Of a DNA stretch of 64,000 nucleotides, positions 10,213 to 20,776 are shown one piece after another. How positions within the stretch are numbered: the stretch's first letter is position 1; each line of letters begins with the position of its first letter. Origin of the DNA: Squalus acanthias (Eukaryota); the NCBI GenBank assembly GCA_030390025.1, contig CM059433.1, positions 26,228,001 to 26,292,000 on the forward strand, written 5' to 3'. The notes beneath the pieces are model-generated. The model searched no databases and was not told where the DNA came from. It saw nothing but the letters and a program-made list of their open reading frames with translations. Made by a program: the position numbers and the translations under genes.

Positions 10213-12899
10213 CCCATCCGGGGCCAGCAGCTCTTAAAAGGCTTTTGATTGCCCTTCAAGCTGTCCTACTACTGCGGGAGAAATGGCTGCAGCAAAGCAA
10301 CAAATGAGAACTGCTGAATTCAACAAGGAAGTGCAGAGAGGGGGCGGGGGGATCCTTTTGGGAGCTTCTAGTCGAGAGCAGCAGCAGAGCAGCCTGGTTG
10401 GAGATGGCTCAGAGTCAATAATAAAAACAGAAAATGCTGGAAATACTCAGCAGGTCAGGCAGCATCTGCCTCATCAATGCTATCTCATCTGTACATCAAA
10501 CCTGAGAGCAGGTGAGGAATAACACTGCTAGTTTCAGAAAAGTTGCCAAGGTAAATGTCCTCATATTTTGCTTAATTTACAAGGTTACTTTATAATACAT
10601 CTAACAGCACTTCACTGTAAGCTTGGTTTCACAGTGGGAGAATTCATAGCACTGTGACAACTCTTTCCAGATACACAGGCATGCCCATGTTTTAGGGCAG
10701 TAAGTGTGCTGCCACATCAGTACATTTGCCTAGTGACCCATTGCATGTGGCAAGCAACAAACATCAAGCGGTTGCTCATACAAATTACCTCCGTGCTGCA
10801 TGGTCACAGAGTCACATAAGGTTGTGCTGAGTTCAGCAGTTGGATGACGTACATCTCCTTTCATATCCTTCACTCCAATATATGTTCCTTTTAGAAAGGG
10901 TTGCAGGAGAAGACCACACATGACAGGCAGCAGCTAAAGCAAACTGGAAGAGACCCACCACCTCTACGGCCACTGATTCCTTATGGGGAGAGCGCTCTGG
11001 AGATTCTGGGTTTATAGACCATAGAGGGAGTGGGGGGGGGGGGGGTGGTGGTGGCGGCGGGGAGTGGGGGGATGAGGTTGGAGATCTCACCAAACTTGTG
11101 TCTAGTATCAACATTTAATTTTCATTCATTATCTCTTAATCACTCACTCATCCAATCGCTGACGTACAGGCATACAGTGCTGCAGCATCACACCCTAGAC
11201 TATCTTGCTAGGTAAACTCAGTTTCAAGAAGTGTTTTACTGACAGCATTCTAAAATATGTTCTTCTAGTCAGTAAGGGAGCTGAGGAGGCAAGCTCCTAT
11301 TTTTCCGGCGTGCTGAGCACATGTGCAACTGATTGTAGTGCCTCTGAAGGTACAAATACTTCAGGAAAAGTGTTTATTTTACTGCAACGTGCCTTAAGAT
11401 TTCTTGTCATGTTTTAGAATTTTTTGACCATTTTTCCACAGAAAGGATTTGGAAGCAGCAGTTACTTTTAAGTGTTTGGTTTTAAAACAAAATGGATTTG
11501 CTCAGATTTAAAAAGGAAAGCCGTAGGCTTCAGGCATTTGACGAATGTTTATTAAAGCCAGACGTTGATACTGCAACCTAGGATGATCAGGAACAGTAGG
11601 GGAATGGTTATCTTGTCCCGGGGATTTCCAACAAATATTCACACCATAGAGAGATGGAGTGTCCCTTCCTGTTGAGCTTTGATGATGTTCGTTTCAAAGC
11701 CTGGTAGCAGGTTTGATTAGCAGCTCCTCTGGCCAACCCTGGACAAGGGAAGCGGTCAACAACCCAGCTCCAACTTCATTGGAGAACAGAAAATAGGGTA
11801 ACAATGATCCACACATGCACAACAGGTATATAGCAAGCTTCAGAACCTGATAACAGGTCAGCAGTATGGGCACTGAGTTTTGCATTATCAGCCCCATCAG
11901 AAGATGAAACTACCAAAACATGTCAAACCAAACCAACGCACATCACAGTTCACATTTAAGTCCAGATGGCTCCTACACCACTATGTCCAAGGCACTGGGA
12001 GAATTTATGACCAATGATTCATGTGCACCAACATTTGTGACTGAAAGTCATTGTTGCTGAGGTCTTTGACAAACAATTTGAAAAACAGTTTATAAACAGC
12101 ACCTCTCACATATGTACAAAATACCATGGACATAAATACACCTGAACACCATCATCATTTTGCAGTAGCCCACAGGAACAAGAAAAACTGCTGGCAAAAT
12201 CAATAACTACAACACAGTCCTGCAAATAGGGCTCTCCAAATGACCGTCTAAAACTCTCATTTGCGGCAACATCAGGGAAGCTTTTCTTTGTCACAGGCAC
12301 CAATGCAGTGAGTGGCGGCTTCACTGGAGTCTGCAGCAGATTCTCATCTAAAAATCAGCCAGGGACCAGCCAGGGCCTCCACCTCCACAGAAGCACAGGC
12401 TACAGCTCCGGTGGCAATAGGGGAGACAATACGTGAGTTTTGGGCTACTCTAAAGACACCTCCAAACTTTGCAGCTGCTTGCCAGTCTCAAATAACTTCA
12501 TGAAATGCAGCTGTTGAGTTATCAAACCCCATTTGTAGGCAGGCCCTGTAAGATCTGAATCCCTACGTTTAACAGCTGAAGGAATCTCGAGTTAGCTTTC
12601 TGGCCAGCAGATCATAGCTTCTGCAAAGTTATCTCCACTTGCTATACCTCATTCATGCAGAGTAATCCGCCAACTGTTCCCTCCTCCAACTCATTAAGTT
12701 AACGCCCCCCTCCCAAAGTAGATACATCTGTGCTACTGCTTGGCACTGTAGGAATGATAGAAATGTAGGAACATAGGAACAGGAGTAGGCCATTCAGCCC
12801 CTCGAGCCTGTTCCACCATTTAATTATGATGCGGAGATGCCGGTGTTGGACTGGGGTGGACAAAAGTGAGAAGTCGCACAACACCAGGTTATAGTCCAA

Positions 12900-13787
12900 G
12901 GGGGAAAAATTCAGTTGGTTGCGTCTCCCGTTAGCGCCTTAAGAGGGTGCTAATGGGGCGCAAAGCATCTAGCGCCCGGGCGCGGCGATGTTTGCGCCGC
13001 TTGCGAAATTATCTAGACATTTTGCGGCAGCGCTAAACACTACCGCCACGATCTCCTGCGCCGGCAGATCGTGACGTCAGTCGAGTGCGCAACGCCCCGG
13101 TATCGCCCCGGAGCGGATATTGAGTGGCGCCCCCTGCCTTACCGCCTGCCGCCAGCAACGACAGGTTGAGGGGAGTGTTTTGCAGTCAGGAAGGGACTGG
13201 GGGAGCGCTATTTAAAGGCGACTGCTTCCTGCCTTTTATTGTTGGTGACATTTTTGAACCACGCATTCTGAGAAAGAGAGAGACTTCTGGAGAGATTCAA
13301 CGCTGTGTGAAGGAGTTTTGGGTACTGAGCAGCACTTTGCAGGTTCATTTTGATTTGCCCTTCCTTGTATCGATTTAGAAGAGACTGTGGGGCTGCACTC
13401 TGAGCTCTTTCCCTGGTACTCTCCATTGTTCTTTCCAGCAGATTTGATGTACAGGTCTCTCCAGACCGAGATTCAAGGCTGCAATGAGCAGGATGTGGAT
13501 GGAAAGCAAGATCAACCCTCCCCTTTAAGAACTGGCCCACGCCATTGTGTGTGTGTTCCATTGCTGACTGACATCACATGAGCTTCGCCAGCGCTCTGAG
13601 GTAGCGCCTCGCTCCTCGGCCTTTGCGCCTTAAGACAGGTGTGAAGCGCCTGATTTAGCGCTCCAATCACCTCCAGGGGCGATAAAAGTCAAGCTTGCAG
13701 TCGGAGGCGATAATTAGCGCCAGGCGCTAATCTTTGCGCCTGGCTGATAATTGCGCCCCAAATGGGGCGATACTGAATTTCTCCCCC
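12900..13787. mobile_element. Non-autonomous Harbinger element related to the element at 1-2930; TSD CAA
   Basis: TIRs GGGGGAAAAATTCAG / CTGAATTTCTCCCCC with CAA at 12897-12899 and 13788-13790. The first ~330 bp closely resemble the reverse complement of 2600-2930. Confidence 0.9.
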
Positions 13788-13835
13788 CAACAGTTTTATT
13801 TGAAATCACAAGCTGTCGGAGCGGCTGCTCCTTCG

Positions 13836-13873
13836 TCACCTGACGAAGGAGCAGCCGCTCCGAAAGCTTGTGA
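13836..13873 (+). ncRNA. Minimal type-I hammerhead ribozyme motif
   Basis: Stem I UCAC/GUGA, core CUGACGA, stem II GGAGC-agcc-GCUCC, GAAA, palindromic AAGCUU stem III, and cleavage triplet CUU. Confidence 0.65.
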
Positions 13874-14084
13874 TTTCAAATAAAACTGTTGGACTATAAC
13901 CTGGTGTTGTGCGACTTCTCACTTTTGACCATTTAATTAGATCGTGGCTGACCTGTACCTCAGCTCCGTTTACCCATCTTTGTTCCATATCCCTTGATAC
14001 CCTTACCGAACAAAAATCTATCGATCTCTTGTTTTGGATTCCCCCACCAGAGGAACTGTTTCCTCACTATCCCTCACTAAATCA

Positions 14085-14258
14085 GGTGATTTGATCATAA
14101 CCACATCGCTGTTTGTGGGAGCTTGCTGTGTGCAAACTGGCTGCCATGATTCCTACATTGTAACAGTGACTACACTTCAAAAGGTACTTAAGGGCACTTT
14201 GGGACGTCCTGAGGTCATGAAAGGTGTAATATAAATGCAAGTCTTTTCTTTCTTTCTT
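14085..14258 (+). mobile_element. 3' part of Deu-domain (SacSINE1-like) SINE
   Basis: cacatcgctgtttgtgggagcttgctgtgtgcaaactggctgcc...gggacgtcctgaggtcatgaaagg..tataaatgcaagtctttt matches the copy at 41559-41958. Confidence 0.65.
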
Positions 14259-16768
14259 CATTTCCTCACTTTTGTATTCCATTCCCCTTGCGATAAAGGC
14301 TAACATTCCATTAGCCTGTTTGATGAGTTTTTGTAACTCTGCGCTAGCTTTTAATGATTAGTGTACATGCTTATCCCCTTTGTTCCTCAACAGCTCCTAG
14401 TCTCCCACCATTAAGAAAATATTCCAATTTATCTTTCTCCGCTCTGAAGAGTATGACCTCACACCTCACATTGTGCGAGTGTTTTTGATCATTGGGCGTG
14501 TTTTACTTCCTTGGTTACTACTTATTGGTTATCTACTAAAATGGTGTGTAACACAGGTGAAAACGCCAGACTTCAGCAACACCAGTAACATTGTATGGAG
14601 AAGGGAATTGTCATCATGGTTAGCTGGACCAATCGCAATAACCACTCCAGGCCAGCAGAAGTTAGCAATCCCAACCAATAACAAGCAGCTCCAACAGGGC
14701 ACGTCATGGCAAAGGGAAGCAGCATCCAACCATGAGATGGATGGAAAACAGGGGCGGGTCTCATTGTGGTAGTCAACATTCTCAGCAATTACTCCGATAA
14801 AGTCAAAGTACTGCCCTCAAATACTGTACAAAAACCTAGAAGCTGTACTAAGATGTGCTGTGTCTGATAAATTCATACCAGAAGTTCAAACTTTGGTGAC
14901 AGAGAAAGGCTACAAAGTTTTGCACTAAATGCTGGTAAATGTTTGTTAAGTAAATATACATGTGAAGTGCATTTACCTGTATTGCGTGTAAGGCGGGATC
15001 TTCTAAAATTAATGTATGTGGCTAAAACGGTGTTGCGGTAGCCATGCTTGTGGCCGGTGAGTGATTTCAATTGGACAATGTTGTTTTAGAGAAGGTTCTT
15101 GACCTGGAAGGGAAACTTGCAATGAATTTGTAAGACCACAGTATAACTTGTCAGTGTTACAATGCAGAGGATTACATAGAATTATGTAGAAAATATAACA
15201 GTCTGTTCGGCTCAATTGTAAGAAATGAGTTAATATTGATTTCTTTTATATTAGTTTCTTTCATTTCTGGCTTTAGCCTGCTAAGCGAGTTTCTGTTTGA
15301 AGGCTGGAAATGTCAGTTTTGTTTCCAGTGAAATGTTCAGTGGGAATTAAAAGTTCCTAGCCCATAGATATCTCCTGGCCCCTCTCTGTCCTGAAGTGTG
15401 TTGCACCTGCAGCCAATTCTGGTATTCCAGGCCTAGCACTGAAAAGCAGTGGAGGATAATGGAGATCAGCAGGCAGAAGGCATCAAGGGTCAAAAACGCC
15501 TGTAAGTTATAAAAGGAGGCCCTTATACATTCGGGCCCATCTTTGGCTTGCTGCCAGGCCCCCTCAGACACCCCAATCTGACAAGGGTCCAGGCACTTTA
15601 AGGGGCATCCATGTATTTGGGTACCCCACGGCTGCACAATTGGGAAATTGAGATGAGAGAGCTTTAATGCCTCCTCCTGTCTTATTTGTATGTGCTTGAT
15701 GGGCCTGTACCTATTGCAGGTATAGTCTCAGCTTCACTTCCATTCCCAGGGCAGCCCCTGAAATCCTAGGGCAATGTAAAGGGTTGAATAGTTTGCAGTC
15801 ATTTAAATAATGAGTTGTATTATTGTGGAATCTACATATTGAAAATAAAGCCTGTCCTCATGGGGATTAAGGTGTGTGGAGTGTTTCACTCAATGTCTCA
15901 AACTAAACTAGAAATAGCATAAAAGCTAATAAAGGATCAAATTGTAGCAAGGCTACAATAAAAGGAACATGACCCCCAATTGCTTTAAGGGCAACCAGGA
16001 GCCTTTTAAGTGTTTTAAGTGCCAGATCTCCCACACCTCGATCCCAGTGTGTTCCCAGCACATTATCAGATATGTGCAGGGAGCACCTTGGTATGAGGTT
16101 AATGAGGTGATTTTATTTGCAGCAGAAGTCAGCTAACAACACTGCAGGCACACACAGCACTGAAACAGTAGTGGTCCTGTCGCCACTTGGCCAGGACCGC
16201 AGTATCGGCCCAATGACTTTTCCTTTACCTTAGCAGCTCTGTTCCACTCTTAAAAATATGAAACCTCAACACTTAGCAAAGCTATTTCCCTAACATAACA
16301 TCAATGAAAGAAAGTTACTCTTCCTTTGAATGTTTTTCTGAACCTAGAAATGAGCACTGTAGTGCTATTTAGGAGAGATTTCTCATATCTGTAATCCCCT
16401 TTGGGCTGATTTGGCAATTTAGCCTTGCTACAATTTGATCTTTTGATCTCTCACCAGATAAATGTTTTTTATGCCCAACATGAAAGTTGGCTGCCATAGA
16501 CAAACACTCTCACTCGCTCTGAAGCCAAGCGTGACCTAATGTGTTAAGTAATCTGGGGTACAATAAAACCAGTTTGTCTCTGGATTTATGTGTAAGAACT
16601 CTACAATTCATCAACATCACTTCAGAGAATGATTAATATCAGTCCTGCCAGACACTACCAAACAGTAATACGATAGCAAAATACTGCGGATGCTGGAAAT
16701 CCGAAATAACAACAGAAAACGCTGGAAAAACTCAGCAGGCCAGGCAACATCCGTGGAGAGAGAAAGAG

Positions 16769-16804
16769 AGTTAACGTTTCAGGTCGAAACCCTTCGTCGG
16801 AACT
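16769..16804 (-). ncRNA. Variant minimal hammerhead motif (CCGACGA core)
   Basis: The minus strand reads AGUU-CCGACGA-AG-GGU-UUCG-ACC-U-GAAA-CGUU-AACU. Confidence 0.5.
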
Positions 16805-17062
16805 GAAAGAGCAAGAAATAAACAGATAAAAATGCAAGGGGGAGGCTGGGGGGAGGAATAAAAGAACAAAAGCTGTCCTTCATTCTGCCAGTAGATTTCA
16901 CACTTCATTCAGCCTTAATCTGTCACATTAACACCACCTCTAGCCTTGCATATCTCTTAATGTCTCTTAATGTCTCTTCATCTCCTCCTTTGTTCCTTTA
17001 TCCCCTCCCCCTTTTCCCAGCTTTACCCTGGCCTTAAATCTATTTGATTTCCAGCTCTTCCC

Positions 17063-17099
17063 AGTTCTGATGAAAGGTCATCGACCTGAAACGTCAACT
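17063..17099 (+). ncRNA. Minimal type-I hammerhead ribozyme motif
   Basis: Stem I AGUU/AACU, CUGAUGA, stem II AGGUC-auc-GACCU, GAAA, palindromic ACGU stem III, and GUC cleavage triplet (cut after 17095). Confidence 0.75.
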
Positions 17100-17379
17100 C
17101 TCTTTCTCTCTCCACGGATGCTGCCTGGCCTGCTGAGTTTTTCCAGCGTTTTCTGTTGTTATATAAAGAACAAAAGGGATGGTCTTTAGTGAGTAGAGAC
17201 ATTGAGAGATGCTCAAGGCAAGACGAGATGGTAATGGGACAGGTTGAGAAACAAAAGGTAAGGTGTGAAATGCTGGCAGAATCAGAGACAGCTGCCGTGG
17301 GGGGAGAGAGAGAAAAAAAGGAAAAAGGCACGGACCAAAAGAGTGGATAAAATGTATACATATGTGGTAGGGGCCGGGG

Positions 17380-18126
17380 TTATGATCTGAAATTGTTGAA
17401 CTCGATATTAAGTCCGGAAGGCTGTAAAGTGCCTAAACGGAAGATGAGGTGTTGTTCCTGGAGCTTACGCTGCGCTTCCGTGGAACAATGCAAGAGGCCG
17501 AGGACGGTGAGGTCTGAGTGAGCGTGGAGGGGTGAATTAAAATGACAAGTGACCGGAAGCTCAGGGTCACCCTTCCGGACTGAACGGAGGTGTTCCGCAA
17601 AGCGGTCACCCAATCTGCGTTTGGTCTCCCCAATGTAGAGGAGACCACATCGTGAGCAGCGAATACAGTATACTAGATTGCAAGAAGTACAAGTAAATCG
17701 CTGTTTCACCTGGAAGGGGTGTTTGGGGCCCTGGAGAGTGGGAAGGGGGGATGTATAAGGGCAGGTGTTGCATCTCCTGCGCTTGCACAGGAAGGTGCCG
17801 GGTGAAGGGGAAGGGGTGCTGGGGGTGATAGAGGAGTGGACTAGGGTGTCTCGGAGGGAGCGGTCCCTACGGAATGCTGAAAGGGGAGGTGAGGGGAAGA
17901 TACGTTTGGTGGTGGGATCACGTTGGAGGTGGCGGAAATGGCGGAGGATGATCCGTTGAATGTGGAGGCTGGTGGGGTGAAAGGTGAGGACAAGGGGAAC
18001 TCTATCGTGGTTCCGGGAGGGAGGGGCCAGGGTGAGGGCAGAAGTGCGGGAGATGGAACGGACACGGTCGAGGGCCGTGTTGACCACGGTAGAGGGGAAT
18101 CCTCGGTTGAGGAAAAAGGAAGACAT
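17380..18126 (-). CDS. Penelope-like ORF C-terminus: RT thumb/linker plus GIY-YIG endonuclease
   Basis: FLNRGFPSTVV...PLVLTFHP...CKRRRCNTC...NLVYCIRCSRCGLLYIGETKRRLGDRFAEH...HFN...EQHLIFRLGTLQPSGLN. Confidence 0.9.
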   Translation of the reverse strand: MSSFFLNRGFPSTVVNTALDRVRSISRTSALTLAPPSRNHDRVPLVLTFHPTSLHIQRIILRHFRHLQRDPTTKRIFPSPPLSAFRRDRSLRDTLVHSSITPSTPSPSPGTFLCKRRRCNTCPYTSPLPTLQGPKHPFQVKQRFTCTSCNLVYCIRCSRCGLLYIGETKRRLGDRFAEHLRSVRKGDPELPVTCHFNSPLHAHSDLTVLGLLHCSTEAQRKLQEQHLIFRLGTLQPSGLNIEFNNFRS

Positions 18127-18471
18127 GTCGGAAGCACTGGTGGCATCGTCAGAGCTACCAAACAGTGTTTAGTTAAGAGTCACATGCAGTAGCTTGTTAC
18201 TCCAGTTGTTAGTGACAGCTCAAATAACACAATAGCTTTGAGCCAGTACACAAAATGGTTCAACAGACAAACCAGTTAGTTGAGTTCCTTTCCTTGTGCA
18301 ACTTTCAAGTAGTAGATAGTCGAATACTTCTCAGCAGGTTAGTAGCAATCTGATCCTTCCCTGTTGCAGTCTTCCTCGGAATTACATAGGCGTTCCTGTA
18401 TATGGAGTTTGCATCTTGCCTCTGCATCCACTGTGGCTATTTCAAAACCAAGAACTAAACAGTATATCAAG

Positions 18472-19316
18472 GGGGGCGATTTTGCCAGCCCTGGGGAGGC
18501 GGGTATGGAGGCGGGACTGCTGGGAAAATGGCAGAATTTGGGGGCGGGTGCCCAACCCGCCCCCAACTCGCCTCCATGCCATCTTGCCAGAAGGCGGGAA
18601 GCCGTCCCGCGCCGGGTCCCATCTCCTTGGAGGCGGGAAGGGATTACAGCCACTTAACTGCTTGTTAACAGTAGTTAACAGGCAGATAAGAGGATTATCC
18701 CCATTTCGAGCCCTGAAGTGCGGGTTTCCTGAAGGCTCCGAAACCCGCCAGGGTTACCGAGGCGAGTAGTGGGTCTGCGGGGGTCGGAGGGGTCCAAAAG
18801 TGTGCTGTGGAGGTGAGTGATGGGTGCAAGTGTGGAGAGGTGAGTACCTGAGGTAAGTGCAAAGTGTTAGAAAAAGTGTACTTACCTTTGTTTCTTCCTG
18901 CAGGCTTCAATCGGTGGGTATGCGGAGAGTCTCACACCTCCGCGGCAGAGATGACAGATGGCCGCTGCATTCTCCAATGCAGCAACCATCTAATTTCTAC
19001 AAAAGAAAGCAGTTTGATGAGGTATTGAATTCAAGAACTCATCAAACTACAGAGAATGTCAGTGTTTGACAGCTTCACAGAGCTGTCAAACGATGACAAT
19101 TCATCTGTCAAAAATTTTTGACAGATGAAACATCATACATTGATGTTCTCTGTAACCGGCTTTCCCTTAATTGGCCTGCTAAGCCCGCTGGGCGGGCTTA
19201 ACAAGGTCAATCAAGGGAAAATAGCGTGGGTTGGCCAGGAGTTGATGGAGACGGGACTGAAACCCGACAAGTGGGAGTCCCGCCTCCAAAAGCTCCCTAT
19301 TGGCAAAATCCAGCCC
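18472..19316. mobile_element. Non-autonomous Harbinger-type element; TSD AAG
   Basis: TIRs GGGGGCGATTTTGCCA / TGGCAAAATCCAGCCC with AAG on both flanks. Confidence 0.75.
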
Positions 19317-19580
19317 AAGGTGTCAGTTCTGAAGAATCATCTGCACCCAAAACATTACCTTATCTGTTCTCTTCAGATACTGTTTCCAGCATTTTCTGTT
19401 TTTGTGTCATGTTTGCAGCATCTGCGGTCTTCTGTTTTTTTATCCCAGGTGTCCAATCCTTATACTGCTAAGCTTCTTGATATAGAGTCTTGACTTTGAG
19501 AGGCTGATCTGTGAGACCAAGGCGTTTATTTGCACAATGAACAGCCTGCTTCATAACACATACACAAATGTATAGCTGTG

Positions 19581-20030
19581 AAAAAGAAAGAAAAGAAAAA
19601 ACTTGTATTTATATAGCACTAGTCGCAACCTCAGGACGTCCCAAAGCACTTTACAGCCAATGAAATACTTTTGAAGTGTAGTCACTGTCGTAATGTAAGG
19701 AAATGCAGCAGCCAATTTGCGCAGGGAAAAGTCTCATAAACAGCAATGAGATCAATGGCCAGATAATTTGTTTTAGTGATGTTGATTGAGGGAAAGTATT
19801 TGTCATGACACCTCCCCTGCTCTTCTTCAAATAGTGCTGGGGACTTTTTACCTGAGAGAGATGAGGCATTGGTTAAATGTCTCATCCAGAATACAGCACC
19901 TCCAACAGTGCAGCACTTCCTCAGTACTACACTGGAGTATCAGCCTAGACTATGTGCTCAAGTTTCTGAAGTAGAGCTTGACACAACCTTTTGGCTCAGA
20001 GGTGAGATGGACCACTGAGCCACGGCTGAC
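19581..20030 (-). mobile_element. Deu-domain tRNA-derived SINE (SacSINE1-like), near full length
   Basis: Reverse complement matches 41559-41958, from the head gtcagccgtggctcagtgg to the L2-like tail. Confidence 0.75.
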
Positions 20031-20346
20031 ATCTGGACAGAATTTAAAAAACGCTTCAGGTATGGACCATAGAAGTACCCAAATGGTCCATGCCCAATAT
20101 GACTTGTCTGCTCTTTCTACAGATACTTCTGACCTGCTGAGTGTTTCCAGTGTTTTCTGTTTCTGTTTCAGATTTTCAGCATCTGCAGTATTTTGCTTTT
20201 TGTTCACAAAAGTACGTCACTGGCCACTTGGGGTGTCAACGAGGGCTGGCTAAGTCAAGGTTCTCGGGATAGATTGTGGCATTAATTGCCTAGTGATACA
20301 CGTTAATTATTTCTAGTACCCGGTTCTTATTTTCTTCAGATGTTAT

Positions 20347-20461
20347 GGGGTGAATTCAGTAATCCCGTGCAGGAAGCACGGGTCAGAGGATCGGTTTTAC
20401 AGTGTGGCACTCTCTTTGATTTCTGCTCTCCACTGGAAGAGTGAGGTTGCTGAATTTACCC
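20347..20461. mobile_element. Short Harbinger-type MITE
   Basis: TIRs GGGGTGAATTCAG / CTGAATTTACCC. Confidence 0.55.
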
Positions 20462-20499
20462 TTATGTCTGTTGGCAATCACAACTTGATTGGAAATCTA

Positions 20500-20700
20500 T
20501 TACAATCTCCCGCATAAAGCTGTTGAGGCTGGGGGTCAATTGAAAATTTCAAAACTGAGATTGATAGATTTTTGTTAGGCAAGGGTATTAAGGGATACGG
20601 AACCAAGGCAGGTAGATTGAATTAAGATACAGATCAGCCATGATCTAACTGAATGGCGGAGGAGCTGAATGGCCTACTCATGTTCCTATGTTCCTATGAC
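20500..20700 (+). mobile_element. CR1 3'-end fragment
   Basis: ttcaaaactgagattgatagatttttg...agatcagccatgatctaactgaatggcgga...gttcctatgttcctatg tail. Confidence 0.7.
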
Positions 20701-20776
20701 TGGCAGCTTTCTGATAGACTTCAGGCAGAGTCAAAAGAACATAGCTGATTTTCCAATATGCAGTGACAGAAACTAT

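Larger units (their letters stand above)
12827..13927. mobile_element. Palindromic non-autonomous Penelope-like element (inverted terminal-repeat fragments) with 12-bp TSD
   Basis: TSD ACCATTTAATTA at 12815-12826 and 13928-13939. After removing the MITE, the arms caaaagtgagaagtcgcacaacaccaggttatagtccaacagttttatttgaaatcacaagct... form a near-perfect inverted repeat centred at 13839-13840. Confidence 0.75.
12760..14035 (-). mobile_element. CR1 3'-end fragment, split by nested insertions
   Basis: The segment aggaacataggaacaggagtaggccattcagcccctcgagcctg is continued after 13939 by gatcgtggctgacctg...cccttgatacccttacc. It is the reverse complement of the CR1 tails at 20500-20700 and 53795-54150. 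Confidence 0.7.
16665..18150 (-). mobile_element. 5'-truncated Penelope-like retroelement with inverted terminal-repeat arrangement
   Basis: GIY-YIG ORF. The segments 16706-16805 and 17062-17162 are inverted repeats, each carrying a hammerhead core. Confidence 0.85.

Noticed and set aside
10420..10470. Additional hammerheads in Penelope-tail fragments (also 19370-19440, 20110-20205, 34110-34250)
   Set aside because: The fragments match the Penelope terminal sequence but lack the CUGANGA...GAAA core.
12312..12503. ORF with GPARASTST resembling the accessory-protein tail
   Set aside because: The similarity is too short and there is no recognisable linked Myb or transposase sequence.
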